Positions 19,900 through 28,599 of a stretch of DNA of 44,859 bases are shown in pieces. A model generated the notes under the pieces. That model searched no databases. It had not been told where the DNA came from and saw only the letters and a program-made list of their open reading frames with translations. The stretch's first letter is position 1. Each line of letters opens with the position of its first letter. Source of the stretch: a virus (taxonomy: Duplodnaviria > Caudoviricetes); the IMG/VR virus record IMGVR_UViG_3300017747_003010, positions 1 to 44,859 of that record. One strand, written 5' to 3'. The position numbers and the translations under genes were made by a program.

Positions 19900-21527
19900 A
19901 CTCATTAACTAGATCACTCATATCATCATTTTTAACTGAGGCAACTCAAGAAACTATAGGTGTTTTTGGAGGTGGGTTTCAACCACCAACAAAAGGTCAT
20001 TTTGAAGTAGTTAAGAGAGCATTAGACGAAAATCCAACATTAGATAAATTTATTATATTTGTTGGGACAGGGGGTGGTAGATCAAATATAACTCAAGCTC
20101 AAACAGCTAAAATTTGGGAGATATATAAAAATTATTTATCACCAAAGATTGAAATACAACCATCAGCTAACCCTATTACTGATATTTACCGTCTAGCTAA
20201 AAATAACCCAGATGTTAAAATTAAGTGGTTTTTAGGTTCTAGAGAAGGTAATGAAGATGATTTTCTTCAATTTGATAAACGTACTAAAGCGGTAGATGAT
20301 AAACTCAATTTAGAACCAATTAATATTGTAACTGCTAACATAGCTAGTGGTACAGCTGCTAGAGCAGTATTAGATAATAAAGATTTATTCTTTACTTTTT
20401 TACCTAAAATAGAACTAAAAGACAAAGAAGAAATATATAGTATTTTACAAGGAGTATCAGAAGATGAAGAAATAACAACTTGGGTTAATGAAGTTGTACC
20501 TGAACCTGAAATTGATGATATTGATGATTACGCAGATGATGTGTTAGACCCTATTGATATTGATATTCCTCCTCATTTTATTGATAGAGTCAATGATAAA
20601 CGTAATCGCCCTGAAATTGAGACAGATGAGTTATATGATTTCTTCGATAAACTATCAGATGAAAAAGATGAATTAACAACTTTATTAGATCAAGGGGAAG
20701 TAGTAGCAACAGACTTAGACACTGATATTAATATTCCATTAACTAAAGATATTAGGAAAAGCCAATTGCGTGATAAAGTAGTAGCGGTGGCTAAAACTAT
20801 AATGCGTAAACCTAATTTTCAAACTACTAGTAATAAATTAACATTTGAACAAGTTCAAGGTGATAGTATAGTTTGTGATGGTTGTGGTTGGACTTGGAAA
20901 ATAGAAGATGGTGGAGATGATTTATTTATCTGTCATAAATGCGGTCATGATAATACACCTAAAGAAGACTTAAATAACTTTTTTGAACCATTACAAGATA
21001 AACAATTAGACCTAAATATATCCTCAGAACCAACAAGAGTAGATTATTATAAAAATTATTATAAAAATTTATCTCCACCAGATTTTAAAATAGATAAAGA
21101 TAAAGATAAAATTATAATATCTAATATTAATAAAAATGGTTTAGAAAACAATCCTGAATTTAAAGAATTGTTAGTATCATTAACAATGCATATGATGGAT
21201 CATATTGATATTGAACCATTACCTGATTTAATATTCATTGAAGATGATACTGAAAATGCTAAGGATTTGTTAGGCAAAACAGCATACTACAACCCAGATG
21301 ATAAATCAATCACTCTATACACATATGGACGTCATCCTAAAGATATATTACGTTCGTATGCTCATGAAATGATTCATCATAAACAAAACTTAGAAGGTAG
21401 ATTAACAAATATTCAAGGTCACAACATAAATGAAGATGATTACCTAAAAGAATTAGAAGCAGAAGCTTATACTTATGGTAATGGTTTATTATTTAGAGGT
21501 TGGGAAAATTCATTAGAAAATGATTAA
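19896..21527 (+). CDS. Multimodular protein: HIGH-type nucleotidyltransferase + HF.DR module + Zn ribbon + HExxH metallopeptidase-like domain
   Basis: GGGFQPPTKGH and SGTAAR (cytidylyltransferase-like); PHFIDRVNDKRN; CDGC..CHKC; LRSYAHEMIHHKQ...E.EAY. Confidence 0.7.
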   Translation: MNSLTRSLISSFLTEATQETIGVFGGGFQPPTKGHFEVVKRALDENPTLDKFIIFVGTGGGRSNITQAQTAKIWEIYKNYLSPKIEIQPSANPITDIYRLAKNNPDVKIKWFLGSREGNEDDFLQFDKRTKAVDDKLNLEPINIVTANIASGTAARAVLDNKDLFFTFLPKIELKDKEEIYSILQGVSEDEEITTWVNEVVPEPEIDDIDDYADDVLDPIDIDIPPHFIDRVNDKRNRPEIETDELYDFFDKLSDEKDELTTLLDQGEVVATDLDTDINIPLTKDIRKSQLRDKVVAVAKTIMRKPNFQTTSNKLTFEQVQGDSIVCDGCGWTWKIEDGGDDLFICHKCGHDNTPKEDLNNFFEPLQDKQLDLNISSEPTRVDYYKNYYKNLSPPDFKIDKDKDKIIISNINKNGLENNPEFKELLVSLTMHMMDHIDIEPLPDLIFIEDDTENAKDLLGKTAYYNPDDKSITLYTYGRHPKDILRSYAHEMIHHKQNLEGRLTNIQGHNINEDDYLKELEAEAYTYGNGLLFRGWENSLEND

Positions 21528-22020
21528 ATTAAAAGAGTTATTAGAAGAAGTTGAAAAAGACAAATATACTATTTATTGTGATTTAGATGGTGTATTAGTT
21601 GATTTTGAAAAAGGTTACGAAGAGGCAACAGGTAAACCATTTAGTGAGGCAGGTGAAGGTCCTGAATTTTGGGAACCAATACATAAAATGGGAGCTGCAT
21701 TTTGGATTAAATTAAAATGGTTACCTGATGGTAAAGAGTTATGGAATTATATCGCCCCATATAACCCAACATTACTATCAGCCCCATCACAAGAAGAATC
21801 ATCTAAAATAGGTAAACGAGTATGGAAGAAAAATAATCTACCAGATGCTAAAATGATTTTAACACCAGCTAGATTTAAACAAAAATACTCAGGAGAGAAT
21901 AAAATACTTATTGATGATATGGAAAAAAATATACAACAATGGAGAGATAAAGGTGGAATAGGAATATTACATACATCTACAGCAGACACAATTAAACAAT
22001 TAAAAGAATTAGGATTATGA
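21520..22020 (+). CDS. HAD-family 5'(3')-nucleotidase-like phosphatase
   Basis: IYCDLDGVLVDF motif I, LLSAP, K..W, LIDD..KN...W...GG.GILH. Confidence 0.85.
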   Translation: MIKLKELLEEVEKDKYTIYCDLDGVLVDFEKGYEEATGKPFSEAGEGPEFWEPIHKMGAAFWIKLKWLPDGKELWNYIAPYNPTLLSAPSQEESSKIGKRVWKKNNLPDAKMILTPARFKQKYSGENKILIDDMEKNIQQWRDKGGIGILHTSTADTIKQLKELGL

Positions 22021-22589
22021 AATATAGTTTAGTAAAACTAATGGAAAATGAAGGTGATGAAACTACTTTTTCTATTGGAAAAATATCAAATGATGTAAAG
22101 TTAACTCCATTAACAAAAACATCTGATGAAATTATTAGTATCATTAATGATCCTAAAAATTATAAAACATCTTTTATTAAAAATCCTACTTTAGTAAAAC
22201 AAGCAAAAGAAAATTACTTTGGAGTTGGAATACCACCAGCAGTTAAAAACTCAATGGAAAAAGATTTTTCTACTTTAAGTAAAGAAGAATGGATAGTAAA
22301 AAATAAAAAATATAAAGATCTTGAAAAAAAGTATAAAACATTATCTAATAATAATGGTAAATTTCATACCTATACAAAAGATACTAACACAGCGTTAGAA
22401 GCAGAGTTAAATTATATTCCCAAACCTACAGATTTATCACCAAATAAAGAAAAAAATTATATTCGTTTTATTCCTAATGATGTTGTAACTTACAGTAAAA
22501 TCGAAAGAAGTTTAGAAAAAATATTAACAAGTGCTGGTCTTAAAAAAGAAGAAGATTATACTATAACAGCAATACCCTCAAAATCATAA
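22017..22589 (+). CDS. Hypothetical protein
   Basis: 190-aa ORF, ATGA overlap with upstream gene. Confidence 0.65.
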   Translation: MKYSLVKLMENEGDETTFSIGKISNDVKLTPLTKTSDEIISIINDPKNYKTSFIKNPTLVKQAKENYFGVGIPPAVKNSMEKDFSTLSKEEWIVKNKKYKDLEKKYKTLSNNNGKFHTYTKDTNTALEAELNYIPKPTDLSPNKEKNYIRFIPNDVVTYSKIERSLEKILTSAGLKKEEDYTITAIPSKS

Positions 22590-22592
22590 GTT

Positions 22593-23165
22593 ATGGCAGA
22601 AAATGTTTTGAAAAAAGAATTTAAAGAAAAAGATATACAACGTCTTCGTAATTTAGTTCAAGGTAAATACGGTGAAAAAGCAACATTAAGTTCAGGTTAC
22701 ACTAAACAGCAAGAGTTCCATGAAGAAGGCGATATATGGGAAGAAGATGATCGTACTTGGACTATTAAAAATGGTATTAAACAAAATATCACTAAACTAG
22801 ACGCGGCTAAAAAGGAGATTAATCTACCATTATTTTGCCCATGCTGTAGTAAAGTAATGAAACCACATTTAGATAAAGCATTTTACCTACAACATAAAAG
22901 ATGCTTCAACTGCCAGGTAGACTTTGAAGCTGACCTTAGAAAAAAAGGATTACTTGAAGAATATGAAAAATTTGTCATCAACTCAGATATTGATGGAGTA
23001 ATACAAGAATTTAATATTTGGATAGACGAAGAAATAAATACATCTAATGAGTCATGGGTCACTGAAGCTGGTGAAGTAGAAAAATGGGTTGGGTCATCTA
23101 AACAAAAACTTCTTGAAAGTAAAGAAGAAACCATTAAGTATCTTGAGAGTTTGAAGAAACAGTAA
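22593..23165 (+). CDS. Hypothetical Zn-finger protein
   Basis: CPCC...CFNC; GDIWEE..RTWTIKNGIKQN. Confidence 0.65.
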   Translation: MAENVLKKEFKEKDIQRLRNLVQGKYGEKATLSSGYTKQQEFHEEGDIWEEDDRTWTIKNGIKQNITKLDAAKKEINLPLFCPCCSKVMKPHLDKAFYLQHKRCFNCQVDFEADLRKKGLLEEYEKFVINSDIDGVIQEFNIWIDEEINTSNESWVTEAGEVEKWVGSSKQKLLESKEETIKYLESLKKQ

Positions 23166-23174
23166 ATATTTATA
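23166..23174 (+). promoter_or_regulatory. Late-promoter-like motif ATATTTATA
   Basis: In 21-nt gap before ATG 23187. Confidence 0.5.
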
Positions 23175-23186
23175 ATAAAATTTACT

Positions 23187-23549
23187 ATGGATTTTGCTAA
23201 ATTAATTTCATATTTATTCCATTCTCAAACTCAAACTCACATATTTCATTTACAAACACAATCATATGCTGAGCATAAAGCATTACAAAAGTATTATGAA
23301 GGTATTGATGAATTAATAGATGGTATAGTGGAAGCATATCAAGGTAAATATGGTATAGTAAAAGGTTATTCTAATTTTAACTTAATGGAATATAATAATG
23401 TCCAACAAGTAATAGCATACTTAGATACACTTTGTAAAGCTGTTTATGCTACTTATGAAACAATTGAGGACAGTTATATCCTAAATCTATTAGATGGTAT
23501 CACAGAATTAATCAAATCTACCATCTATAAACTTCAAAATCTACGATAA
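23187..23549 (+). CDS. Ferritin/Dps-like four-helix protein (DUF5856-like)
   Basis: HIFHLQT.SYAEHKAL..YY..I..L.D..VE.YQG pattern. Confidence 0.7.
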   Translation: MDFAKLISYLFHSQTQTHIFHLQTQSYAEHKALQKYYEGIDELIDGIVEAYQGKYGIVKGYSNFNLMEYNNVQQVIAYLDTLCKAVYATYETIEDSYILNLLDGITELIKSTIYKLQNLR

Positions 23550-24157
23550 TGAAAAAAACACATGAGGCTAAACTTCACCCTGAAGAAAAAGAAATATTTC
23601 GTAATTGGTTAGATCAATTTAAAGAAGAAGGAGATAAGCAAAAAAAAGTCAATAAAGTAGTCGCTGCTAGAAAAGAACTAGATCGTGTTAGAAAAGACAT
23701 AACTAATGACGAGTACCAAGAAGCTAAAAAATACATTGATTCTAAAGCTAAAGAATGGGGAATTGAAGAAAATAATATTTATAGTAAAAATACAATGAAC
23801 GAATTAAGAACAGTAATAAACAAACTTGTTAAAGAGGAACTTGCTTTATTTGAAAAGAAAAAGAAAGAAGAAGAACCTACTGATGAGTTAGAATTAGATT
23901 TAGACACACCACAAGGTGATGAATCAGTAAATATAGAAGCCCCAGTTGAAGAACCAGCGACAGACACTGAACCAAACATGGATATGTCAGGTGGAGATTC
24001 AACAGAAAAAACTATTGGTAAAGGATTACAAATGGCTTTAGACGCGGCTAAACAACTACCAGATAGTGAAACTAAAAGTAAATTAATTCGCCAAATCGGA
24101 AATACAGCTTTGTTCTTCCTTAAGACTCAGATTCCAACAGGAAGTGAACAAGCATAA
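23549..24157 (+). CDS. Hypothetical acidic protein, with possible internal start at 23795
   Basis: 202-aa ORF; in-frame MNELRTVINKLVKEE preceded by ATATTTATA at 23775. Confidence 0.6.
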   Translation: MKKTHEAKLHPEEKEIFRNWLDQFKEEGDKQKKVNKVVAARKELDRVRKDITNDEYQEAKKYIDSKAKEWGIEENNIYSKNTMNELRTVINKLVKEELALFEKKKKEEEPTDELELDLDTPQGDESVNIEAPVEEPATDTEPNMDMSGGDSTEKTIGKGLQMALDAAKQLPDSETKSKLIRQIGNTALFFLKTQIPTGSEQA

Positions 24158-24180
24158 TACAAACAAATAAAATAAAATCT

Positions 24181-24354
24181 ATGAACAGTCAAGAGTTATT
24201 AGAAAAGTTGCATGGTTTACTAGAAGATCTAACAGCAGAACATGCTAAAGGATCTAAAGCAGCACAAGGACGCGCTCGCAAGATTGCAGGTGAAGTTAAA
24301 AAAGTAGCTAACGAGTATCGTAAAGCTTCTGTTGCTGAAAGCAAAACAAAGTAA
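24181..24354 (+). CDS. Histone H1-like Hc1-family small DNA-binding protein (57 aa; not in ORF track)
   Basis: Translated by hand: MNSQELLEKLHGLLEDLTAEHAKGSKAAQGRARKIAGEVKKVANEYRKASVAESKTK; matches Hc1 pattern KG.KAA..R.R....K....YRK.S; A-rich leader and downstream hairpin. Confidence 0.8.
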   Translation: MNSQELLEKLHGLLEDLTAEHAKGSKAAQGRARKIAGEVKKVANEYRKASVAESKTK

Positions 24355-24368
24355 GACATCAAAAAACA

Positions 24369-24399
24369 GTTATAGGGGAGCAAAGCTCCCCTTAACTTT
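24369..24399 (+). terminator. Intrinsic terminator-like hairpin
   Basis: AGGGGAGC-AAA-GCTCCCCT stem extendable by GTTA/TAAC, followed by TTT. Confidence 0.65.
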
Positions 24400-24411
24400 A
24401 AACTAAAAAGT

Positions 24412-25071
24412 ATGCCATACGAAAGAAAAGGAAAATGCGTTTATAATAAAGAAACAGGTAAGAAGAAAGGATGTTCTTCATCTGTTGCTAAGGCAAAGGC
24501 ATACTTAAAAGCATTATATGCTTCTGAACCAGAAGCTGCTAAAGAAGGATTATCACAAGGTGTTAAAGATAGAGCAGAAGGTATATATCAAGCAATTACA
24601 AAAGATCCTAAAGCGGTTAAAAACGCTATTAAAAAATATAAAAAAGAAGCTCAAGACGTATTATACGGAAGAGCAGTTAATATAGCTAAAAATCAAGTGC
24701 AACCTATGAACGAAGAAAGATTAAAAAAAGCAATCAAAAATGTCACTGAAAAATTAAAAGGTGGACAAAAGAAATTAGACGCTAATAAAAATGGAAAAAT
24801 TGATGCTGAAGATTTTAAATTGTTAAGAAAAGTTCATGAGGAAATTGATTATGAAGGTGAAATGGCTAAATCTGAACTTTATCGTTTAGTAGACAACGCT
24901 AAAAAATTAATGAGTATGCTTGATGACGATACTCAACTAGAAGGATGGGTACAAAGTAAAATCACCAAAGCAAATGACTACATAAACTCAGTTACACAAT
25001 ACTTAGAGTACCAATCAGTTAAATTAAATTCAATTGAAGAGAAAGCTGAGGAATATATCATAAAGAAATAA
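24412..25071 (+). CDS. Modular putative head-internal protein with EF-hand-like motif
   Basis: Basic N-module; LDANKNGKIDAEDF EF-hand-like loop; EGEMAKSEL...WVQSKITKA module. Confidence 0.6.
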   Translation: MPYERKGKCVYNKETGKKKGCSSSVAKAKAYLKALYASEPEAAKEGLSQGVKDRAEGIYQAITKDPKAVKNAIKKYKKEAQDVLYGRAVNIAKNQVQPMNEERLKKAIKNVTEKLKGGQKKLDANKNGKIDAEDFKLLRKVHEEIDYEGEMAKSELYRLVDNAKKLMSMLDDDTQLEGWVQSKITKANDYINSVTQYLEYQSVKLNSIEEKAEEYIIKK

Positions 25072-25072
25072 A

Positions 25073-25606
25073 ATGACTAATAGAAAGGAAATAGAAGATA
25101 AAATTAGAACAGTACTTAGACGAGTATATAGTACTAAGATTCAAAAAGATACTTTAGGTGTTACACCTGAAGATGTTGACTTTGATAAAGAAACATTTCC
25201 TATCTTAGCACAATTTGAGAACTTAAGACAAGTTTTAATTAACCTGTTAACTAAACAATACGAAGATTTTATTAAAGATATTTGGTGGGTAGCTCCACGC
25301 CCCACTACATTTAAAATCATTTTAGCTAATGATCAATTCTTTTATTTGATATATGGTGAAAGATCATGGACTGCTAAAGTAGAAGGTAAAAAATATTATT
25401 TAATGAATATTAGTGAAGAAGAAAGAGCAGCTGAAGCAATAGCCCGCATACTAATGTATGGAACAAGTGGTGGTGAAAAAGAAGAAGTAAGCGGAGAAGT
25501 CCCAACAGGAGGAGAAACACCAGCAGATGAAACCACCCCAGAAGCACCAGCAGAAGAAACACCACCAACTGAAGAAGAAACACCAGCAGAAACAGTACCA
25601 GCATAA
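25073..25606 (+). CDS. Hypothetical protein with acidic Pro-rich tail
   Basis: PRPTTFKI.L.N core; C-terminal ETP repeats. Confidence 0.65.
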   Translation: MTNRKEIEDKIRTVLRRVYSTKIQKDTLGVTPEDVDFDKETFPILAQFENLRQVLINLLTKQYEDFIKDIWWVAPRPTTFKIILANDQFFYLIYGERSWTAKVEGKKYYLMNISEEERAAEAIARILMYGTSGGEKEEVSGEVPTGGETPADETTPEAPAEETPPTEEETPAETVPA

Positions 25607-25935
25607 TGAAAACAATAAATAAGTTTATAAAAGATAATTGGTTTACTATACTACCTTGGTTTCTAGCTATAGCATTTTTAGTTCATTTATTAATAAAACC
25701 TGAACCTCCAAGACCAGTTGAACCACCTAAAGATAATCGTATTGATAGTTTAAGTCATATAGTTGATTCACTTAATATCGAGTATAATAAATTAAAACAT
25801 AATTACGACAGCGCACAAGCCAACGCTCGAGTAGAAATTCAAAAAATCTATATCCAAAATGCTAAAGACGTTTCTAACATTCGCTCTTACACTGTTGATC
25901 AACGCGACAGTATGTGGTCAACTCTTAACCCCTAA
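25606..25935 (+). CDS. Putative inner-membrane spanin-like protein
   Basis: N-terminal TM helix, Pro linker, coiled coil; overlaps next gene by 77 nt. Confidence 0.5.
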   Translation: MKTINKFIKDNWFTILPWFLAIAFLVHLLIKPEPPRPVEPPKDNRIDSLSHIVDSLNIEYNKLKHNYDSAQANARVEIQKIYIQNAKDVSNIRSYTVDQRDSMWSTLNP

Positions 25936-26311
25936 ACGTATTGTTTTAGGTGGAGACACAGGTATATTCTTTACTAATAAACAAGAAGTTGAATTATTAG
26001 TAAAATTCAAACAATTTGAAGGTTGTAAGTTAGAAGTAGCAAAATGGAAAAAATATGCTGATGATGCTGATTCACAAATTGATAGAGAAAGAGAAGCATA
26101 TGATGCTTTAGATAAACAATTTGACAGTATGCTTTTAGTAGCTAAAGATTTTGAAAAAAAGTATAATGATGAGTATACTGCTCATGAAAATACTAAAATT
26201 AAACTAGCTGAAATGACCACTAAAAAAGATAAATGGGTTAAAGCAACATTTATCACTGGTGGAGTTTCATTAGTAATAATCACACCTCTAGTTTATTTAT
26301 TAGCTAGGTAA
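25859..26311 (+). CDS. Putative spanin partner (signal peptide, coiled coil, C-terminal TM)
   Basis: MLKTFLTFALTLLINATVCG|Q signal; C-terminal hydrophobic FITGGVSLVIITPLVYLL. Confidence 0.5.
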   Translation: MLKTFLTFALTLLINATVCGQLLTPKRIVLGGDTGIFFTNKQEVELLVKFKQFEGCKLEVAKWKKYADDADSQIDREREAYDALDKQFDSMLLVAKDFEKKYNDEYTAHENTKIKLAEMTTKKDKWVKATFITGGVSLVIITPLVYLLAR

Positions 26312-26323
26312 ATATTTATCGAT

Positions 26324-27307
26324 ATGAATATATTCGATAAATTTCTTAACAGTGTTTCTTATAAATTTCCTAAGGGTTACCCAGACATGAGTAACCCTAA
26401 TGATGTTTTATTACTTAATTCTTTAATAAATGAGACATTAGGAGAAGATATAAATTTAAATGAAATGGGAATTTTAACTGAAACTGATAGTTCATTTGAT
26501 GAACGAATAAAAGCAGCTTTAGGAGTTAATGATATCCCAAAATGTAAAACCCCATTACAAGTAGGTCAATCTTTTAATTTAAGAGGAGACGATGAAAAAA
26601 TTTGGGCTGTATTATACCCAGTTAAACCATTAAAAGCTGACGGTACACCAACAGCCGGATCAGGAAATGGAGAAGTGGCTACTTATTGGGCTTACCAACA
26701 TAATATAAAATCAATAGATGTTATAGATGGTAGAGGAGGTAAAGGAGGAGAAAACCCAGATTTAATTATTGGTGGAGTTGGAGTTGAAGTTAAAGCATAT
26801 GACACTAAAACTATTACTTTAGGTAAATTTGGAACTGACACAGAAACAATCAGTCTTTTAAATAAAGTATTTGGTACATTATCATTATTTAATGAAGAAA
26901 CTATTAAAGCTAACACAGGTAATTTTAAACCTCAAGATTTATTAAATGGTTTTAAAATTATATCTGAAATTTATTCTAATAATGATTTAAAAAAATTAGA
27001 TATAGCTAAACCTTTTTTTAGTAAGATAGATACTTTATATAAAACATTAGGATTAGATTCTAACTCAACCCCTGAAGAAGCAACTATAGCTTTACTACGT
27101 AAACTTTTATGGACAAAGTTAATTAAAAAACCTAATATGAATCAAGAAGTAGGGTATATTTTAAATGTTAATGCTACTGGAAAAGGAGAATACACAGAAA
27201 TAACTAAAGCAATTATAGACAGTATCCCAGATGAGAATATCTTAAATAATGGAGTTACAGTTAAATCATCTGAAATATCAATGAACTTTAATCAATTGTT
27301 TAAATAA
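26324..27307 (+). CDS. PD-(D/E)xK restriction-endonuclease-like protein with N-terminal leader
   Basis: GNGE...PDLIIGGVGVEVKAY catalytic-type motif; leader with INE, LNE, LTE. Confidence 0.55.
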   Translation: MNIFDKFLNSVSYKFPKGYPDMSNPNDVLLLNSLINETLGEDINLNEMGILTETDSSFDERIKAALGVNDIPKCKTPLQVGQSFNLRGDDEKIWAVLYPVKPLKADGTPTAGSGNGEVATYWAYQHNIKSIDVIDGRGGKGGENPDLIIGGVGVEVKAYDTKTITLGKFGTDTETISLLNKVFGTLSLFNEETIKANTGNFKPQDLLNGFKIISEIYSNNDLKKLDIAKPFFSKIDTLYKTLGLDSNSTPEEATIALLRKLLWTKLIKKPNMNQEVGYILNVNATGKGEYTEITKAIIDSIPDENILNNGVTVKSSEISMNFNQLFK

Positions 27308-27927
27308 TGAAACAACCAAATAAAAAATGTGATTGTGGAGCACCTCTATTAAATGAGTCTCTTCAACATAAAATGCCTATATCGGAAGCAATGCGATATC
27401 ATTTGGGTAATAACATTCAAGTGCATAATAACATATTCCGCCCTGGTTCTAAAGCTCACATTGAATTACTCAATGAAACTCGCTTATTATGGGTTAAAGG
27501 TATTATTAAACTTCAAGATGCTGATAAAAGATTATTTGAAAATACTGATTTAGGTCGTTTTGGAATGTTTGAAGGTGAAATAGTACCTTTAGATTTACCA
27601 ATGATGGAAATTGAAATATTAACAGAAGTAGAGTTAGAAGAAGAAAAGAAACAACCTGCTTTAGGAAAACCAAAACGTGGTGGATCTAAAAAATTCTATG
27701 TTTATGTTAAAGATCCTAAAACTAAACGTATTAAAAAAGTATCATTTGGTATGGCGGGTGGTGGATTACGTGCTAAATTAAACAATCCTAAAGCACGTCA
27801 AGCGTTTTCAAAAAGACATGATTGTCCTAATAAAAAAGACAGAACAAAGGCGTCGTACTGGTCATGTCGCGTCCCCAGATATTCTAAGTTGTTAGGATTC
27901 AAAACCACTTTTACCGGTTATTGGTAA
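27307..27927 (+). CDS. Two-module hypothetical protein with basic C-terminal domain
   Basis: YHL...FRPGS..H module; KKFYVYVK...VSFG...AR.AF..RH.C...YWSC module. Confidence 0.65.
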   Translation: MKQPNKKCDCGAPLLNESLQHKMPISEAMRYHLGNNIQVHNNIFRPGSKAHIELLNETRLLWVKGIIKLQDADKRLFENTDLGRFGMFEGEIVPLDLPMMEIEILTEVELEEEKKQPALGKPKRGGSKKFYVYVKDPKTKRIKKVSFGMAGGGLRAKLNNPKARQAFSKRHDCPNKKDRTKASYWSCRVPRYSKLLGFKTTFTGYW

Positions 27928-27944
27928 GGTAAGCGACACCCCCA

Positions 27945-27953
27945 ATATTTATA
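27945..27953 (+). promoter_or_regulatory. Late-promoter-like motif ATATTTATA upstream of homing endonuclease
   Basis: 15 nt before ATG 27969. Confidence 0.5.
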
Positions 27954-27968
27954 ATAAATGGAGGGAAC

Positions 27969-28595
27969 ATGGCTTATGTTTATCTTATAACTAATATTAT
28001 TAATAATAAAAAATATATTGGATCTTCTAGAAAGACTCAAGTTGATGAAAACTATTATGGTAGTGGAAAAGCATTAAAAAATGCTTTAAAAAAACATGGT
28101 AAAGAAAATTTTATTAGAGAAATATTATGGGAAGGTGAGGGAGATGCTCGAGTTATGGAAACATATTATTTGACAAAATTTAACGCGGCTGGGAATTCAA
28201 TGTTTTATAATATGACTAATGATGCTAGAGGAAATAATCTTCATAAAGAAGAAACTAAAAAGACAGTTAGTGAAAAACTAACAGGACGTAAATTTTCAAA
28301 AGAAATTTGTGAAAAAATATCTAAAGCTAAAACAGGTTCAACAACATCTAAAAAAGGTAAATCTGATGGCCCTAAACCTAATGTATCTAAAGCTCATAAG
28401 GGTAGAGTAAGTCCTAATAAAGGAAAGGGTAATCCTGTGGCTTTATATAAAATATCAGGTGAATACATCCAAACATATCCTAGCTATCATGATTTAGCTC
28501 TTGATCTTCAAATTAACCCAGAAACAGTAAGATGTCAACTTATTGGGAAAGCTCAAACTATTAAGAATAAGCAATATAGGGCTCAATATGTATAA
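27969..28595 (+). mobile_element. Free-standing GIY-YIG homing endonuclease with NUMOD3-like repeats
   Basis: YVYLITN.IN.KKYIG, YYGSG, F.REIL, YN; HKEETKKTVSEKLTGRKFSKEICEKISKAK and SPNKGK NUMOD3-type motifs. Confidence 0.85.
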
Positions 28596-28599
28596 TCAT

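Noticed and set aside
24189-24383. 64-aa minus-strand ORF
   Set aside because: Antisense shadow of the plus-strand Hc1-like gene
25505-25603. GAAGAAACACCA-type tandem repeats as a DNA repeat element
   Set aside because: Explained by the low-complexity ETP protein tail
27928-28599. Group I intron around the GIY-YIG gene
   Set aside because: Flanks too short for an intron core and both neighbouring ORFs appear complete
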